Shown here piece by piece: positions 55,325 to 64,000 of a stretch of 64,000 nt of DNA. A program made the translations under genes and the position numbers. The notes under the pieces are model-generated. The model saw nothing but the letters and a program-made list of their open reading frames with translations. It had not been told where the DNA came from and did no database searches. The number at the start of each line of letters is the position of its first letter. Position 1 is the first letter of the stretch. The stretch is from a bacterium (lineage in GTDB: Bacteria; Patescibacteriota; Minisyncoccia; Phycocordibacterales; Zambryskibacteraceae), in assembly GCA_030649135.1 (NCBI GenBank), contig JAUSGI010000008.1, forward strand, positions 32,001 through 96,000, in the 5' to 3' direction.

Positions 55325-55937
55325 CTTCTTTGCCCTTCTTTTCCACTTCTATTTCCGAAAGGTCAACCGGTAGAACCTCTTCCTCCTTCTCTTCTCGTGG
55401 AGCCGATACCAAAGCCACCACTTCCTCCGGATTTTCTTTAAGCTCAACACCCGATGAAAGTATAATGTCTTTAGCTAGAATCTGGTCACCGAAATTGGCT
55501 AGAGGGCTTATGTCTATATTGATGCTATGGGGTAAATCTTTTGGCATCGCTTCTATTTTGAGTTTGTAGAGCACTTTTACGAGCATTCCGCCCAAATCTT
55601 TGACTGCCGGTGAAACCCCGATAAATTCGAGAGGTAATTCCACTTCTACTTTGTGGCCTTTTTCAAAGACATAGAAATCCGCATGACGAGGCACGCCGGT
55701 AATGGGGTCGAGGTCCACATCTTGGATTAGGCTTTCCTTAATACCTTCTGGTGTCTCTAGGGTCACTACGCTTGATTCCCCTGCTTCCTTCCAAACCTTT
55801 ATAAAGTCAATCTTGGGAACAGAAATCGAGGTAGATGCTTCCTTTTTACCATAAAAGACTGCGGGAACCTTTCCCGCTTTTCTGATTTGATCCAATTTAT
55901 CGGCCTTATTCCGTGCCTCTGCCTTCAAGGTAAGCAT
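55266..55937 (-). CDS. rplY: 50S ribosomal protein L25/general stress protein Ctc
   Basis: MLTLKAEARNKADKLDQIRKAGKVPAVFYGK; acidic C-terminal extension. Confidence 0.85.
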   Translation of the reverse strand: MLTLKAEARNKADKLDQIRKAGKVPAVFYGKKEASTSISVPKIDFIKVWKEAGESSVVTLETPEGIKESLIQDVDLDPITGVPRHADFYVFEKGHKVEVELPLEFIGVSPAVKDLGGMLVKVLYKLKIEAMPKDLPHSINIDISPLANFGDQILAKDIILSSGVELKENPEEVVALVSAPREEKEEEVLPVDLSEIEVEKKGKEGEETIETNESEVKKETPPV

Positions 55938-55946
55938 ATCTCCATC

Positions 55947-57590
55947 TTACTCGATTGCGATGTGAGATTCAAGATACTCCAAAGTGCCGTTCACCTTCTT
56001 GCCGGGGTTGAAGATATTTTGTGGGTCGAAAATTTCTTTGGTTTGTTTGAAGAGTCCCAGTACCTTCGGCGAATACATTTTATTTAAATACGGAGTGCGG
56101 ACGATGCCGTCATTATGTTCAGCAGTAGTCGTTCCCTTATACTCCGCTACTAAGTCATAAAACTTATCAGCAACAATTGGAATCTTTTTTCGCTCACTTT
56201 CTTTTCTCAAATCCATAAGCGGAATGATGTGGAAATTGCCGTTACCCGCGTGTCCGGCGATATTAGCCTCTATACCCGCCTCTTCAAGAATTTTGAGCGC
56301 CCGCGGCAGAAATTCCGGAACTTTCTCAGCCGAGATACAGAAATCATCCACGAAGGGGGCCGTTCTTTTACCCTTGACATGTTTTCTCAATAGATTAAAC
56401 GACTCTCTGCGCATGACCCAGAATTTTTCTTCTTCAGAATCCTTTTCTATCACTCTTGACCAGACATTAAACGACTTGAGAGCTTCCATAACTTTTTTAA
56501 CCTTTTCTTTTACTTCTCCTTCTGCTTGTTCAGCTATCTCTACCAAAATGATGAGTTTGGGTAAACCAAGCATTCTTAATCCAATAAGAATTTCTGGAAT
56601 AAATTGCGCGGCAAATGATACGAGTCCGGTTCCGGCTTTTCTGGCAATTTCTGGCATGAAGCGGATACCTAGCTTGAGCGTATCTTCATCAAAGGTCTCG
56701 AGACTCTCTGGGTCATGGGGCAAGATAGCATTGACCACTTGCGGAAGCTCATCCCATGATTTTAAGAAAAGTGCGACCATGTCGTGATACTTTTTTTCAG
56801 GCACTAACTTTAGTTTCATTTCCGTGACGATGCCAAGTGTCCCCTGCGAACCCACCAAAAGCTTATTTATGTCAAACACCTGGTGTTCGACATCCCAGAC
56901 ATTCCAAAGGTAATATCCGGCAGAGTTTTTTGATACTTTAGGTTTTGCTTGTGCCAGAGCTTCTTTATTATCTTCCACCAGACTGAATATCTTTTGGTAA
57001 ATACTGCCCTCGAAATCTCCTTGTGCCATCTTGACATCAAGTTCGGTTCTGGAGAGAGGCTTGACTACATACTCATTGCCATCAGCGAAAATCACTTTTG
57101 ATTCCAGAATAAAGTTTTCCATTTTGCCGTAGCGTAAACTTCTCTCCCCCGCACAATTATTGCCAAACATACCACCGAGAGCGCACAAATTTTTTGAAGC
57201 CGTAAAGCAAGGCAAGATGAGTCCTTTTTCTTGCGTCCTTTGCTCAAAATCACGATAGAACATTCCCGGCTCTACCAACACAGAGGTTAAACCTTTGTGC
57301 TCGGAGATCTCAGCCATTTTATTAAGATATCTTGTCACGTCGGCGACTACCGACTCGCCGAGTGGTCCACCGGTCATATCCGAACCGGCTGCTCTGACGG
57401 TGACAGAATTACCAGGATTCTCCCCTACCCATTTGACAAGATTCTTCAAGTCTTCGGTATCTTTCGGGAATACCACAAGCTTAGGCTTCACTTCAAACAA
57501 TGAGGCATCGTGCGAATATGTCTTGAGGGTCGCTTCGTCATCCGAAATATCGCCTTTAAAAAATTTCCTGACTTCTTCCGCTAAGGTCAT
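55947..57590 (-). CDS. FAD-linked oxidase (GlcD/D-lactate dehydrogenase-like)
   Basis: FAD_binding_4-type N-domain ...VTVRAAGSDMTGG... and a C-terminal FAD-oxidase domain. 547 aa. Confidence 0.8.
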   Translation of the reverse strand: MTLAEEVRKFFKGDISDDEATLKTYSHDASLFEVKPKLVVFPKDTEDLKNLVKWVGENPGNSVTVRAAGSDMTGGPLGESVVADVTRYLNKMAEISEHKGLTSVLVEPGMFYRDFEQRTQEKGLILPCFTASKNLCALGGMFGNNCAGERSLRYGKMENFILESKVIFADGNEYVVKPLSRTELDVKMAQGDFEGSIYQKIFSLVEDNKEALAQAKPKVSKNSAGYYLWNVWDVEHQVFDINKLLVGSQGTLGIVTEMKLKLVPEKKYHDMVALFLKSWDELPQVVNAILPHDPESLETFDEDTLKLGIRFMPEIARKAGTGLVSFAAQFIPEILIGLRMLGLPKLIILVEIAEQAEGEVKEKVKKVMEALKSFNVWSRVIEKDSEEEKFWVMRRESFNLLRKHVKGKRTAPFVDDFCISAEKVPEFLPRALKILEEAGIEANIAGHAGNGNFHIIPLMDLRKESERKKIPIVADKFYDLVAEYKGTTTAEHNDGIVRTPYLNKMYSPKVLGLFKQTKEIFDPQNIFNPGKKVNGTLEYLESHIAIE

Positions 57591-58435
57591 AGCATATTAA
57601 ATATTTTCAGCCGGCCGAGAACCACTTTTTTCATTTCCTCCACTCCTTCGGCCAAGAATTTATAAGGTGCTATTTCACCCGACTTAAGACCTTCCTCGAT
57701 TCCCTCTTTGTAAGCAACCCTTAATTCGGTATTGATATGAATAATTCTGATACCGGCCTTGATTGCCTCCCGAAATTCCTCTTCTTGATTTCCGGAGCCG
57801 CCGTGCAGCACCAACGGTATGCCGACAGTTTCCGCAATAGCCTGAATGCGTTCGATATTAAGCTTGGGCTCACCTGTTTTCACTATGCCGTGAACGTTAC
57901 CGACGGATGGCGCAAGCATGGCCACACCGGTAGCTCTCACAAACTCAAGTGCCTCTTCAGGCTTGGTTTGTGTTTCAAGCGAAACACCTTCAGGCAGGGC
58001 ATCAAGCAGTTTGGATGATTTGCCTATAAAACCAAGTTCCCCCTCTACTATTATTTCCGTATTTTTAGAACGAGCATATTCCACGACCTCTCTGGTCATT
58101 TTAACGTTTTCCTCAAGTGTTTTATCTGCAGCATCGATGATAACGCTATCGACTCCTGCATCAATGGCCAACTTTGCCTTTTCCACGGAATAAGTATGGT
58201 CGGCGTTAATAAAAACCGGTAGACCGTTTGCCCTTGCGGTTTTTACCAAAGAAATCACCTCCTCAAGTCCGATGAAGTCCCGCTCCCCTTCGGAAACCCC
58301 GATGATGACCGGGACACCCAGCTCCTTAGCTGTCTCAACTACCGCCTTGAACCCTTCCGAGTCTGAAATATTGAAATGGCCTATAGCCACTTGTTTCTCT
58401 TTCGCCCAAGCTAGGTATTCCCTTAAAGTTTTCAT
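57587..58435 (-). CDS. fba: Class II fructose-bisphosphate/tagatose-bisphosphate aldolase
   Basis: GHFNISDSEG; INADHTYS; HGGSG. Start at MKTLREYL; the track ORF extends 5' to 58699. Confidence 0.85.
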   Translation of the reverse strand: MKTLREYLAWAKEKQVAIGHFNISDSEGFKAVVETAKELGVPVIIGVSEGERDFIGLEEVISLVKTARANGLPVFINADHTYSVEKAKLAIDAGVDSVIIDAADKTLEENVKMTREVVEYARSKNTEIIVEGELGFIGKSSKLLDALPEGVSLETQTKPEEALEFVRATGVAMLAPSVGNVHGIVKTGEPKLNIERIQAIAETVGIPLVLHGGSGNQEEEFREAIKAGIRIIHINTELRVAYKEGIEEGLKSGEIAPYKFLAEGVEEMKKVVLGRLKIFNML

Positions 58436-58466
58436 TCTTACAATTCTATCATGATATACTTTCTGT

Positions 58467-59453
58467 ATGCATGACTTCGTAGCCATAGGCGAGACTACTA
58501 TTGACGCGTTTATAAAGCTTGAGAATGCGAGTGTCAATTGCGATGTAGATAAGGAGAATTGCAAAATCTGTCTGCCTTTTGCGGCCAAAGTGCCGTATGA
58601 GTTCGTGGTCGAGGTACCGGCGGTCGGTAATGCGGGCAATGCCTCCGTGTCTGCTAGTCGCTTGGGCTTGAAGTCCGCCCTCGTTGCCAATATCGGCAAA
58701 GATAGCGATGGAGAAAAGTGTTTGCGCGCACTGGAGGCAGACGGAGTCTCGACCGAATATATCGGTATCCAGGAGGGTGAGAAAACTAATTACCACTACG
58801 TGCTCTGGTACGAAAGTGATAGAACTATTCTCCAGAAACATAGTAAATTTATATACAAACTACCGGATATTGGAGAGCCAAGCTGGGTATATCTGACTTC
58901 TCTTGGGAAAGATTCGGATAAATATCATACCGAGATTGTCGAGTATCTTAAAGGCCATCCCAACATCAAACTTGCCTTCCAACCTGGCATATTTCAAATT
59001 GGTCTCGGTAAAGATAAGCTCAAAGATATCTATGGGAGAACAGATATATTTTTTTGTAACGTTGGAGAAGCAGAAAAAATTCTGGGCATCGATACTTTGG
59101 GCATAAACGAGCTTTTAAAACGTATGCAGGCTCTCGGACCCAAAATTGTGGTTATCACAGATGGACCGAATGGAGCATATGTCTTTGACGGTAAGGATAT
59201 CTTGTTCCAGCCACCCTACCCCGATCCCAAGCCCCCTTACGAACGCACCGGAGCGGGCGATGCCTTTGCTTCGACGACGGTGGCCGCTCTGGCGCTTGGT
59301 AATGACCTCCCTACCGCTCTCTCATGGGGTGCAGTCAATTCAATGTCCGTGGTTCAACAAGTCGGCGCCCAAAAAGGTTTGCTCACCCGCCCTCAAATCG
59401 AAGAATATTTGAAAACTGCCCCTCCCGATTTCAAAGCCAAGCAAGTAAAATAA
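58467..59453 (+). CDS. PfkB-family carbohydrate kinase
   Basis: GNAGNASVSASRLGL; GAGDAFASTTVAALALG. Confidence 0.85.
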   Translation: MHDFVAIGETTIDAFIKLENASVNCDVDKENCKICLPFAAKVPYEFVVEVPAVGNAGNASVSASRLGLKSALVANIGKDSDGEKCLRALEADGVSTEYIGIQEGEKTNYHYVLWYESDRTILQKHSKFIYKLPDIGEPSWVYLTSLGKDSDKYHTEIVEYLKGHPNIKLAFQPGIFQIGLGKDKLKDIYGRTDIFFCNVGEAEKILGIDTLGINELLKRMQALGPKIVVITDGPNGAYVFDGKDILFQPPYPDPKPPYERTGAGDAFASTTVAALALGNDLPTALSWGAVNSMSVVQQVGAQKGLLTRPQIEEYLKTAPPDFKAKQVK

Positions 59454-59455
59454 TA

Positions 59456-60442
59456 TTACCGCTTTATAATTTTGTTGACTGCTCCGATAATACTTTTGGT
59501 GCCCATACCGTAGTGTTCTATGAGTTCATCTGGAGTTCCGGATTGGCCAAATTGGTCGTCTACGCCCAGAAACTCCATGGGCACCGGGAAATTTTTAGCT
59601 AAACATTCCGCCACGGCAGAACCCATACCACCACGAATTTGATGTTCTTCCAGAGTTATTATCCTGCCAACTTTCTTGGCAAATTTTACAATACTTTCTT
59701 CGTCTAAAGGTTTAATGGTCGCAAGGTTCACTACTTCTACTTCAATCCCCTGCTCCTCAAGCTCTTTAGCTGCTAGGAGTGCTCTGTGAAGAAGCGCCCC
59801 GGTAGCAATGATACCCGCTTGGGGCTTTTCGCTAGTCCAGTAAGTTTCTGCTTTACCAATCTTGAAGGGTGTTTGTTCTGTTGTTATAATAGGCGTCTTT
59901 TCACGGGCGAGGCGTATATAAACCGGCGTGCCTGTATCCACGCTTGCCAAAGTGGCTTTCTTGGCTTCTATGGCGTCGCAAGGAGAAAGTACCATCATGC
60001 GAGGAATAACGCGAGTGATAGCGATGTCTTCTATGGCCTGATGCGTCCCGCCATCAGGACCGACAGAGATGCCGGCATGGGAGCCGATAATCTTAACTGG
60101 CCTATCGTTATAACAAATATTGGTGCGAATCTGCTCCCAATTCCTACCGGGAGAAAACATGGCGTAAGAGCTGATGAAAGGAATCTTGCCCATCGCCGCT
60201 AAACCGCTGGCTACTCCGGCAAGGTTTTGTTCGGCCACTCCAACTTGAATAAATCGGTTCGGAAATTTCTCGGCAAACAGATTCATCTTGGTAGACTCTG
60301 TCAAATCAGCGCAGAGCCCCACTACCTGCATGTTTTTCTCCCCTGCCGCCAAAAGTCCTTCGCCGAATCCTTGCCGAATCGGTATTTGTTCTACATCCTT
60401 ATCAAATATCTTCGTATTCAGTTTTAAGTCAGGGTTTAGCAT
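59456..60442 (-). CDS. Transketolase, C-terminal subunit (pyrimidine-binding + C-terminal domains)
   Basis: VGVAEQNLAGVASGLA...GPDGGTHQAIEDIA. Confidence 0.9.
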   Translation of the reverse strand: MLNPDLKLNTKIFDKDVEQIPIRQGFGEGLLAAGEKNMQVVGLCADLTESTKMNLFAEKFPNRFIQVGVAEQNLAGVASGLAAMGKIPFISSYAMFSPGRNWEQIRTNICYNDRPVKIIGSHAGISVGPDGGTHQAIEDIAITRVIPRMMVLSPCDAIEAKKATLASVDTGTPVYIRLAREKTPIITTEQTPFKIGKAETYWTSEKPQAGIIATGALLHRALLAAKELEEQGIEVEVVNLATIKPLDEESIVKFAKKVGRIITLEEHQIRGGMGSAVAECLAKNFPVPMEFLGVDDQFGQSGTPDELIEHYGMGTKSIIGAVNKIIKR

Positions 60443-60465
60443 TATTTATAGTGAGTTTATCGAAC

Positions 60466-61077
60466 CTACCTATTTTTATTAGTCCATAAATTATCCCACC
60501 AACTTGACGGGTCCTCGCTTAAAGCTATTTTAGCCAGGGCCTTGCCACTTTTTGTCTTGAATCTTTCCAAGTATTTGTCCTTCTCGCCCCCTTCACCCGG
60601 TTTTCCTTCTAACCAAATCAAAGCTTCTTTATTGCCTTGCCAAACGTACTCTCGTAAGAGAAAAAGTTGGTCAATCAGGTCAGCCTCTTTGGCTATTATA
60701 GCCTCCACGCTTTCCCGCTTGTCATACTCGTCGGCGATTTCCTTCAAATCTCCGAAGGGCAAAGTGCCGAGTTGTTCAGCTTTAATCTCCTCGTCGAAGA
60801 TTTTGACATATTTTTTGTGAATCCAGTTGTGGTCCCCCGTTCTGACTTCGCCCATATCATGAGTAAGGCACATCATCACAACCTTATAAGGATCCGCTTT
60901 CTCCATTTTGGCCAAAAACCAGCCTATTAATGTTGCCCGATAGGAGTGAGTGGCAATATTGTCTGACATGTCATCCGTCAGAAGAGTTTGGCGGTGCATG
61001 CGCGGTAATTTGCGCATGGTACCCATTTCAAAAAGGAACCTGACTATCTTTTGTTCGTTTGAATCACTCATGTTCAC
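60466..61077 (-). CDS. HD-domain phosphohydrolase (YfbR-like)
   Basis: HSYRATLIGWFLA...CLTHDMGEVRTGD. Confidence 0.8.
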   Translation of the reverse strand: MNMSDSNEQKIVRFLFEMGTMRKLPRMHRQTLLTDDMSDNIATHSYRATLIGWFLAKMEKADPYKVVMMCLTHDMGEVRTGDHNWIHKKYVKIFDEEIKAEQLGTLPFGDLKEIADEYDKRESVEAIIAKEADLIDQLFLLREYVWQGNKEALIWLEGKPGEGGEKDKYLERFKTKSGKALAKIALSEDPSSWWDNLWTNKNR

Positions 61078-61957
61078 TTCTTATTTTACCGCCCAGAGTC
61101 CGTAATTCGGACAAAGCCACATCACCCTGTTTATCAGCCGGCACTTTATCGGTCGGACCTTTGCCGGGAGGACTGCCGTGCCAGCGGTAATCACGTTCAA
61201 ATTCCGGAACTCCCTTACCTGCGATAGTATGAGCAATAATTACGGTTGGTTTGCCGAATATCCCCTTAGCCGCCTCGAAGGCATCAGCAATTTCTTCGAT
61301 ATTGTGCCCATCTATTTCAATCACGTGCCAATTCCAAGCGCACCATTTATCGGAAAGTGATTCAAGTGGCATAATATTTTCGGTATACCCCTCTATCTGG
61401 ATATTATTTCTGTCTATTACGGCAGTCAGGTTGTGTAGCTTCTCTTTGCCCGCAAGCATGGCTGCCTCCCAAGTCTGCCCGCAATCCTGCTCCCCGTCGG
61501 AGAGGAGCGCGTAGATGCGTCGCTCACTTGTCAGACCGTAGTCAATCTTATCGGCAAGCGCCATACCAACTGCTTGGGAAAGCCCGGAGCCAAGTGGTCC
61601 GGAACTGGACTCTAACATTGGCAAAAAATCTCGGTGCGGATGTCCCTGCAGGCGTGAGCCGAACTTTCGGAGAGTCTTGAGCTCTTCGACCGGAAAATAA
61701 CCGGCATGAGCCATGGTCGAGTAGAGCACCGGACAAATATGGCCATTCGAGAGTACCAACCTGTCCCGTTCCGGCCAGTCTGGTTTCTGGGGATTATGCT
61801 TCAGGGTATGAAAGTATAGTACGGTAAAGATATCGGCCATATCTAAAGGTCCCGCGGTATGCCCGGAGCCGGCGGTAATAAGCGCTTCAATAAGCGAGAT
61901 GCGAATGTTATTCGCCTTCTCTTTAAGTTCGGTTAATTTTTCGTCAGTGATTTCCAT
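61064..61957 (-). CDS. Transketolase, N-terminal subunit (TPP-binding)
   Basis: GSGHTAGPLDMADIFTVLYF; GHPH; DGEQDCGQTWEAAMLAG. Confidence 0.9.
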   Translation of the reverse strand: MEITDEKLTELKEKANNIRISLIEALITAGSGHTAGPLDMADIFTVLYFHTLKHNPQKPDWPERDRLVLSNGHICPVLYSTMAHAGYFPVEELKTLRKFGSRLQGHPHRDFLPMLESSSGPLGSGLSQAVGMALADKIDYGLTSERRIYALLSDGEQDCGQTWEAAMLAGKEKLHNLTAVIDRNNIQIEGYTENIMPLESLSDKWCAWNWHVIEIDGHNIEEIADAFEAAKGIFGKPTVIIAHTIAGKGVPEFERDYRWHGSPPGKGPTDKVPADKQGDVALSELRTLGGKIRSEHE

Positions 61958-62493
61958 AATTCTTGAAAGCCCGACCCGACCACCAACCTATCTGCGCCGG
62001 CATTTTGGAGCGCCTGATAGTTGGTAATATTGATTCCCCCATCAATGCTCATCGGCACTTGGGGAAACTTTTCTTTAACCTTTTTTATTCTATCAAAAAT
62101 CTGTTCATCTAGCGGATGTCCTTGCGCGCCAATCTGGGCGATAGACATGAGATGGATAAAATCTATTTGAGGTACAAGCGGGGAAACTTCTTCTAACGGT
62201 GTTTCGAGTTCTACTGCCAAGCCAATCTCCACTTTGCCTTTAAACTTACTAATCTTTTCTTCGAGAGTATGAACGATAATTCTCTTGGCTCCCCTCTTCA
62301 CCCAGCGCTCTACAATTTCTCCTGGTTGCTTTACCATCAAGTGCACTTCAAAGTTGATGCCCAGAGGCTCTATCCAGATATCTGCCTCGAGCGTATCAAG
62401 GTGCACCAATCTTACCTCCTTTGGTATCTGGGAGAGCTTAAAATCTAAATCGGCAATGTTGGTAGGTAAAATAGCCGGGATAATTTCACTCAT
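61933..62493 (-). CDS. rpe: Ribulose-phosphate 3-epimerase (short)
   Basis: IIPAILPTNIADL; VHLMV; MSIDGGIN; AGADRLVVGSG. Confidence 0.75.
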   Translation of the reverse strand: MSEIIPAILPTNIADLDFKLSQIPKEVRLVHLDTLEADIWIEPLGINFEVHLMVKQPGEIVERWVKRGAKRIIVHTLEEKISKFKGKVEIGLAVELETPLEEVSPLVPQIDFIHLMSIAQIGAQGHPLDEQIFDRIKKVKEKFPQVPMSIDGGINITNYQALQNAGADRLVVGSGFQELWKSLTKN

Positions 62494-62962
62494 GAATACG
62501 ATTCATTTTAGTAATACGCCTCGCATATTTTTCCGTATTCTTAAATGGAGTATCGAGCCATTCTTTGACCACCTCTTTCATCTCTTCTTCGGTGATAAAT
62601 CTCGCTCCTAAAGAAAGTACGTTGGCATCGTTGTCAGCTCGGGAGATCTTGATGATTGACTCGTGCTCTTCTTGCACTACGCATTGTCCCTGTCCATAAT
62701 AAACCGTAGCCCGGACGTTATTAAATTTGTTGGCCGCCATGCCTTCTCCCTGGCCGGAACCGCCCAGGACAATCCCTCTCACTTCATTGGGGTGCATTGA
62801 GACTTCGCGGGCTACTGGAATGATGAAATCGGGATAGTCGTCTTCCTCGTTGTATTCAAAGGCACCCTTATCCCCCACTTCGTAACCAAGCCCCTGGAGA
62901 AAAGGAACTAGTTTTTCCTTAAGTCCGAATCCGGCATGGTCAGAACCTACGAAAATTTTCAT
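62486..62962 (-). CDS. rpiB: Ribose-5-phosphate isomerase B
   Basis: MKIFVGSDHAGFGLKEKL...GIVLGGSGQGEGMAANK. Confidence 0.9.
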   Translation of the reverse strand: MKIFVGSDHAGFGLKEKLVPFLQGLGYEVGDKGAFEYNEEDDYPDFIIPVAREVSMHPNEVRGIVLGGSGQGEGMAANKFNNVRATVYYGQGQCVVQEEHESIIKISRADNDANVLSLGARFITEEEMKEVVKEWLDTPFKNTEKYARRITKMNRIHE

Positions 62963-62963
62963 A

Positions 62964-63953
62964 TCATTTGATGTGCGAGCCTAACTTAATAACATGCTCT
63001 AAGAGCGTGTAGCAGTACCCCATTTCGTTGTCATACCAAGCGAGCACTTTCACCAAGTTACCGCCGACCACGCGAGTGAAGTTAAGGTCGGCAATCGAGC
63101 CGTAGGGACTACTTAAAATATCCGAGGAGACCAGTTCTTCTTCAGTAACAGTGAAGATTCTTTTCCACCTCTCCTCGCCCGATGCTTTCTTCAAAATGTT
63201 GTTTACCTCCTCGACGGTAGTTGCCCTTTTGGATACAAAGGTGATGTCTACAATAGAACCAGCCACAACCGGTACCCGCATAGCGATGCCATCGAACAAT
63301 CCGTTAAGCTTGGTAAATGCTTTAGTCACAGCAATAGCGGCACCTGTGGAGGATGGCACTATATTTTGCGCTGCAGCGCGTCCCTCCCGGAAGCCTCTCT
63401 GGGAAGGACCATCCACTAAAGACTGTGAAGCTGTATAGCCGTGGGTAGTGTTCAAAACCGCTTTCTCTATACCGATGGCTTCATCGAGAATAGCAATTAA
63501 AGGACTGCCGGCATTGGTGGTACAGGAAGCATTGGAAGTAATAAGGCAAGTAGAAAGTTTTTCTTCATTTACCCCCATGAGTACTGTGGCTCCCTCAATA
63601 CCCCCAATCGGTTCATCTTTCATCGGAGCAGTTACCACTACCCTCTTAGCTCCGGCATCAAGATGCGCCTTCGAGCCGGCGTAGCTTGCAAAAAATCCCG
63701 TGGATTCAATAACTACATCTATATTGAGTTCTTTCCATGGCAGGTTACTTGGGTCTTTCTCCTGGAAAAATTTAACATCAAATTTGCCGTTCCAGTTGCC
63801 GTAAACGGTGTCATGCTTTAATAGATACTCAATGTTCTCCCGGTCACCCAAGTCGTTAACAGCCACCACCTCGACCTCCGGTCGCTCGACAGCCAATTTA
63901 TAAAAAGCCCTGCCGATTCTACCCGCCCCATTGATTGCCACTCGTATTGCCAT
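62964..63953 (-). CDS. gap: Glyceraldehyde-3-phosphate dehydrogenase
   Basis: MAIRVAINGAGRIGR; SNASCTTN active site. Confidence 0.9.
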   Translation of the reverse strand: MAIRVAINGAGRIGRAFYKLAVERPEVEVVAVNDLGDRENIEYLLKHDTVYGNWNGKFDVKFFQEKDPSNLPWKELNIDVVIESTGFFASYAGSKAHLDAGAKRVVVTAPMKDEPIGGIEGATVLMGVNEEKLSTCLITSNASCTTNAGSPLIAILDEAIGIEKAVLNTTHGYTASQSLVDGPSQRGFREGRAAAQNIVPSSTGAAIAVTKAFTKLNGLFDGIAMRVPVVAGSIVDITFVSKRATTVEEVNNILKKASGEERWKRIFTVTEEELVSSDILSSPYGSIADLNFTRVVGGNLVKVLAWYDNEMGYCYTLLEHVIKLGSHIK

Positions 63954-64000
63954 CCTAGAATTGTACCATAGCGCCTATATCAATAAAGTGTCGAGCGCTA

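Noticed and set aside
1-64000. CRISPR arrays, rRNA genes, transposases/integrases, inteins
   Set aside because: No regularly spaced short direct repeats, no rRNA-like conserved stretches, and no DDE/tyrosine-recombinase-like ORFs were seen. dnaB, gyrB and nrdJ are of normal length without intein blocks.

Overview
The window reads as a low-GC (roughly 40-45%) streamlined bacterial chromosome with Candidate Phyla Radiation (Patescibacteria) character and standard genetic code. TGA is used as a stop, including in ATGA start/stop overlaps. Several proteins are minimal versions: an N-domain-only ribosomal protein L9, a short EF-Ts, a short GluRS and a short RF1. Transketolase is split into two genes.

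Core content:
- Start of the dcw cell-division cluster (mraZ-rsmH-ftsL-ftsI) and further cell-wall genes (ftsW, murG, an M23 peptidase, an MltB-like lytic transglycosylase, ctpA).
- Translation genes: L27, L9, L21, L31, L25, S2, EF-Ts, RF1, PrmC, GluRS, CysRS, PheS alpha, tRNA-Glu and tRNA-Thr.
- Replication and repair genes: dnaB, recR, gyrB, rmuC, an Ogt-like protein and a DEDD exonuclease.
- A sugar-phosphate cluster: gap, rpiB, rpe, the split tkt, fba, a PfkB kinase and an FAD oxidase.
- A B12-dependent class II ribonucleotide reductase next to a PduO-type cobalamin adenosyltransferase.

Accessory content:
1. A 10-kb surface/regulatory island (positions 53-10716). Two giant secreted right-handed beta-helix proteins have different N-terminal heads, a lamin-tail domain in one and a DUF3494 ice-binding-like domain in the other. 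They share a WWG...PWY cap module and a conserved ~45-aa C-terminal tail. They bracket an ECF sigma factor, a receiver, a PAS histidine kinase whose N-terminus is ~270 aa of near-identical 21-aa (63-nt) heptad repeats, and a second receiver. A CAP-domain protein follows.
2. A low-GC islet downstream of tRNA-Glu. It holds a translationally coupled two-gene cassette bracketed by 23-bp direct repeats, a 30-aa Cys-rich peptide, a GNAT gene and a zinc-ribbon protein.
3. A ~1-kb insert flanked by a duplicated gyrB 3' end.
4. Recurrent GC-rich (about 55-60%) islets carrying pyrF/pyrE, purC, guaA and small Cys-rich or hypothetical proteins. One sits next to tRNA-Thr and carries a carbamoyltransferase remnant. 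These are consistent with horizontal acquisition.

No CRISPR array, rRNA, transposase or integrase was recognised. All calls come from reading the translations and sequence, with no database search.
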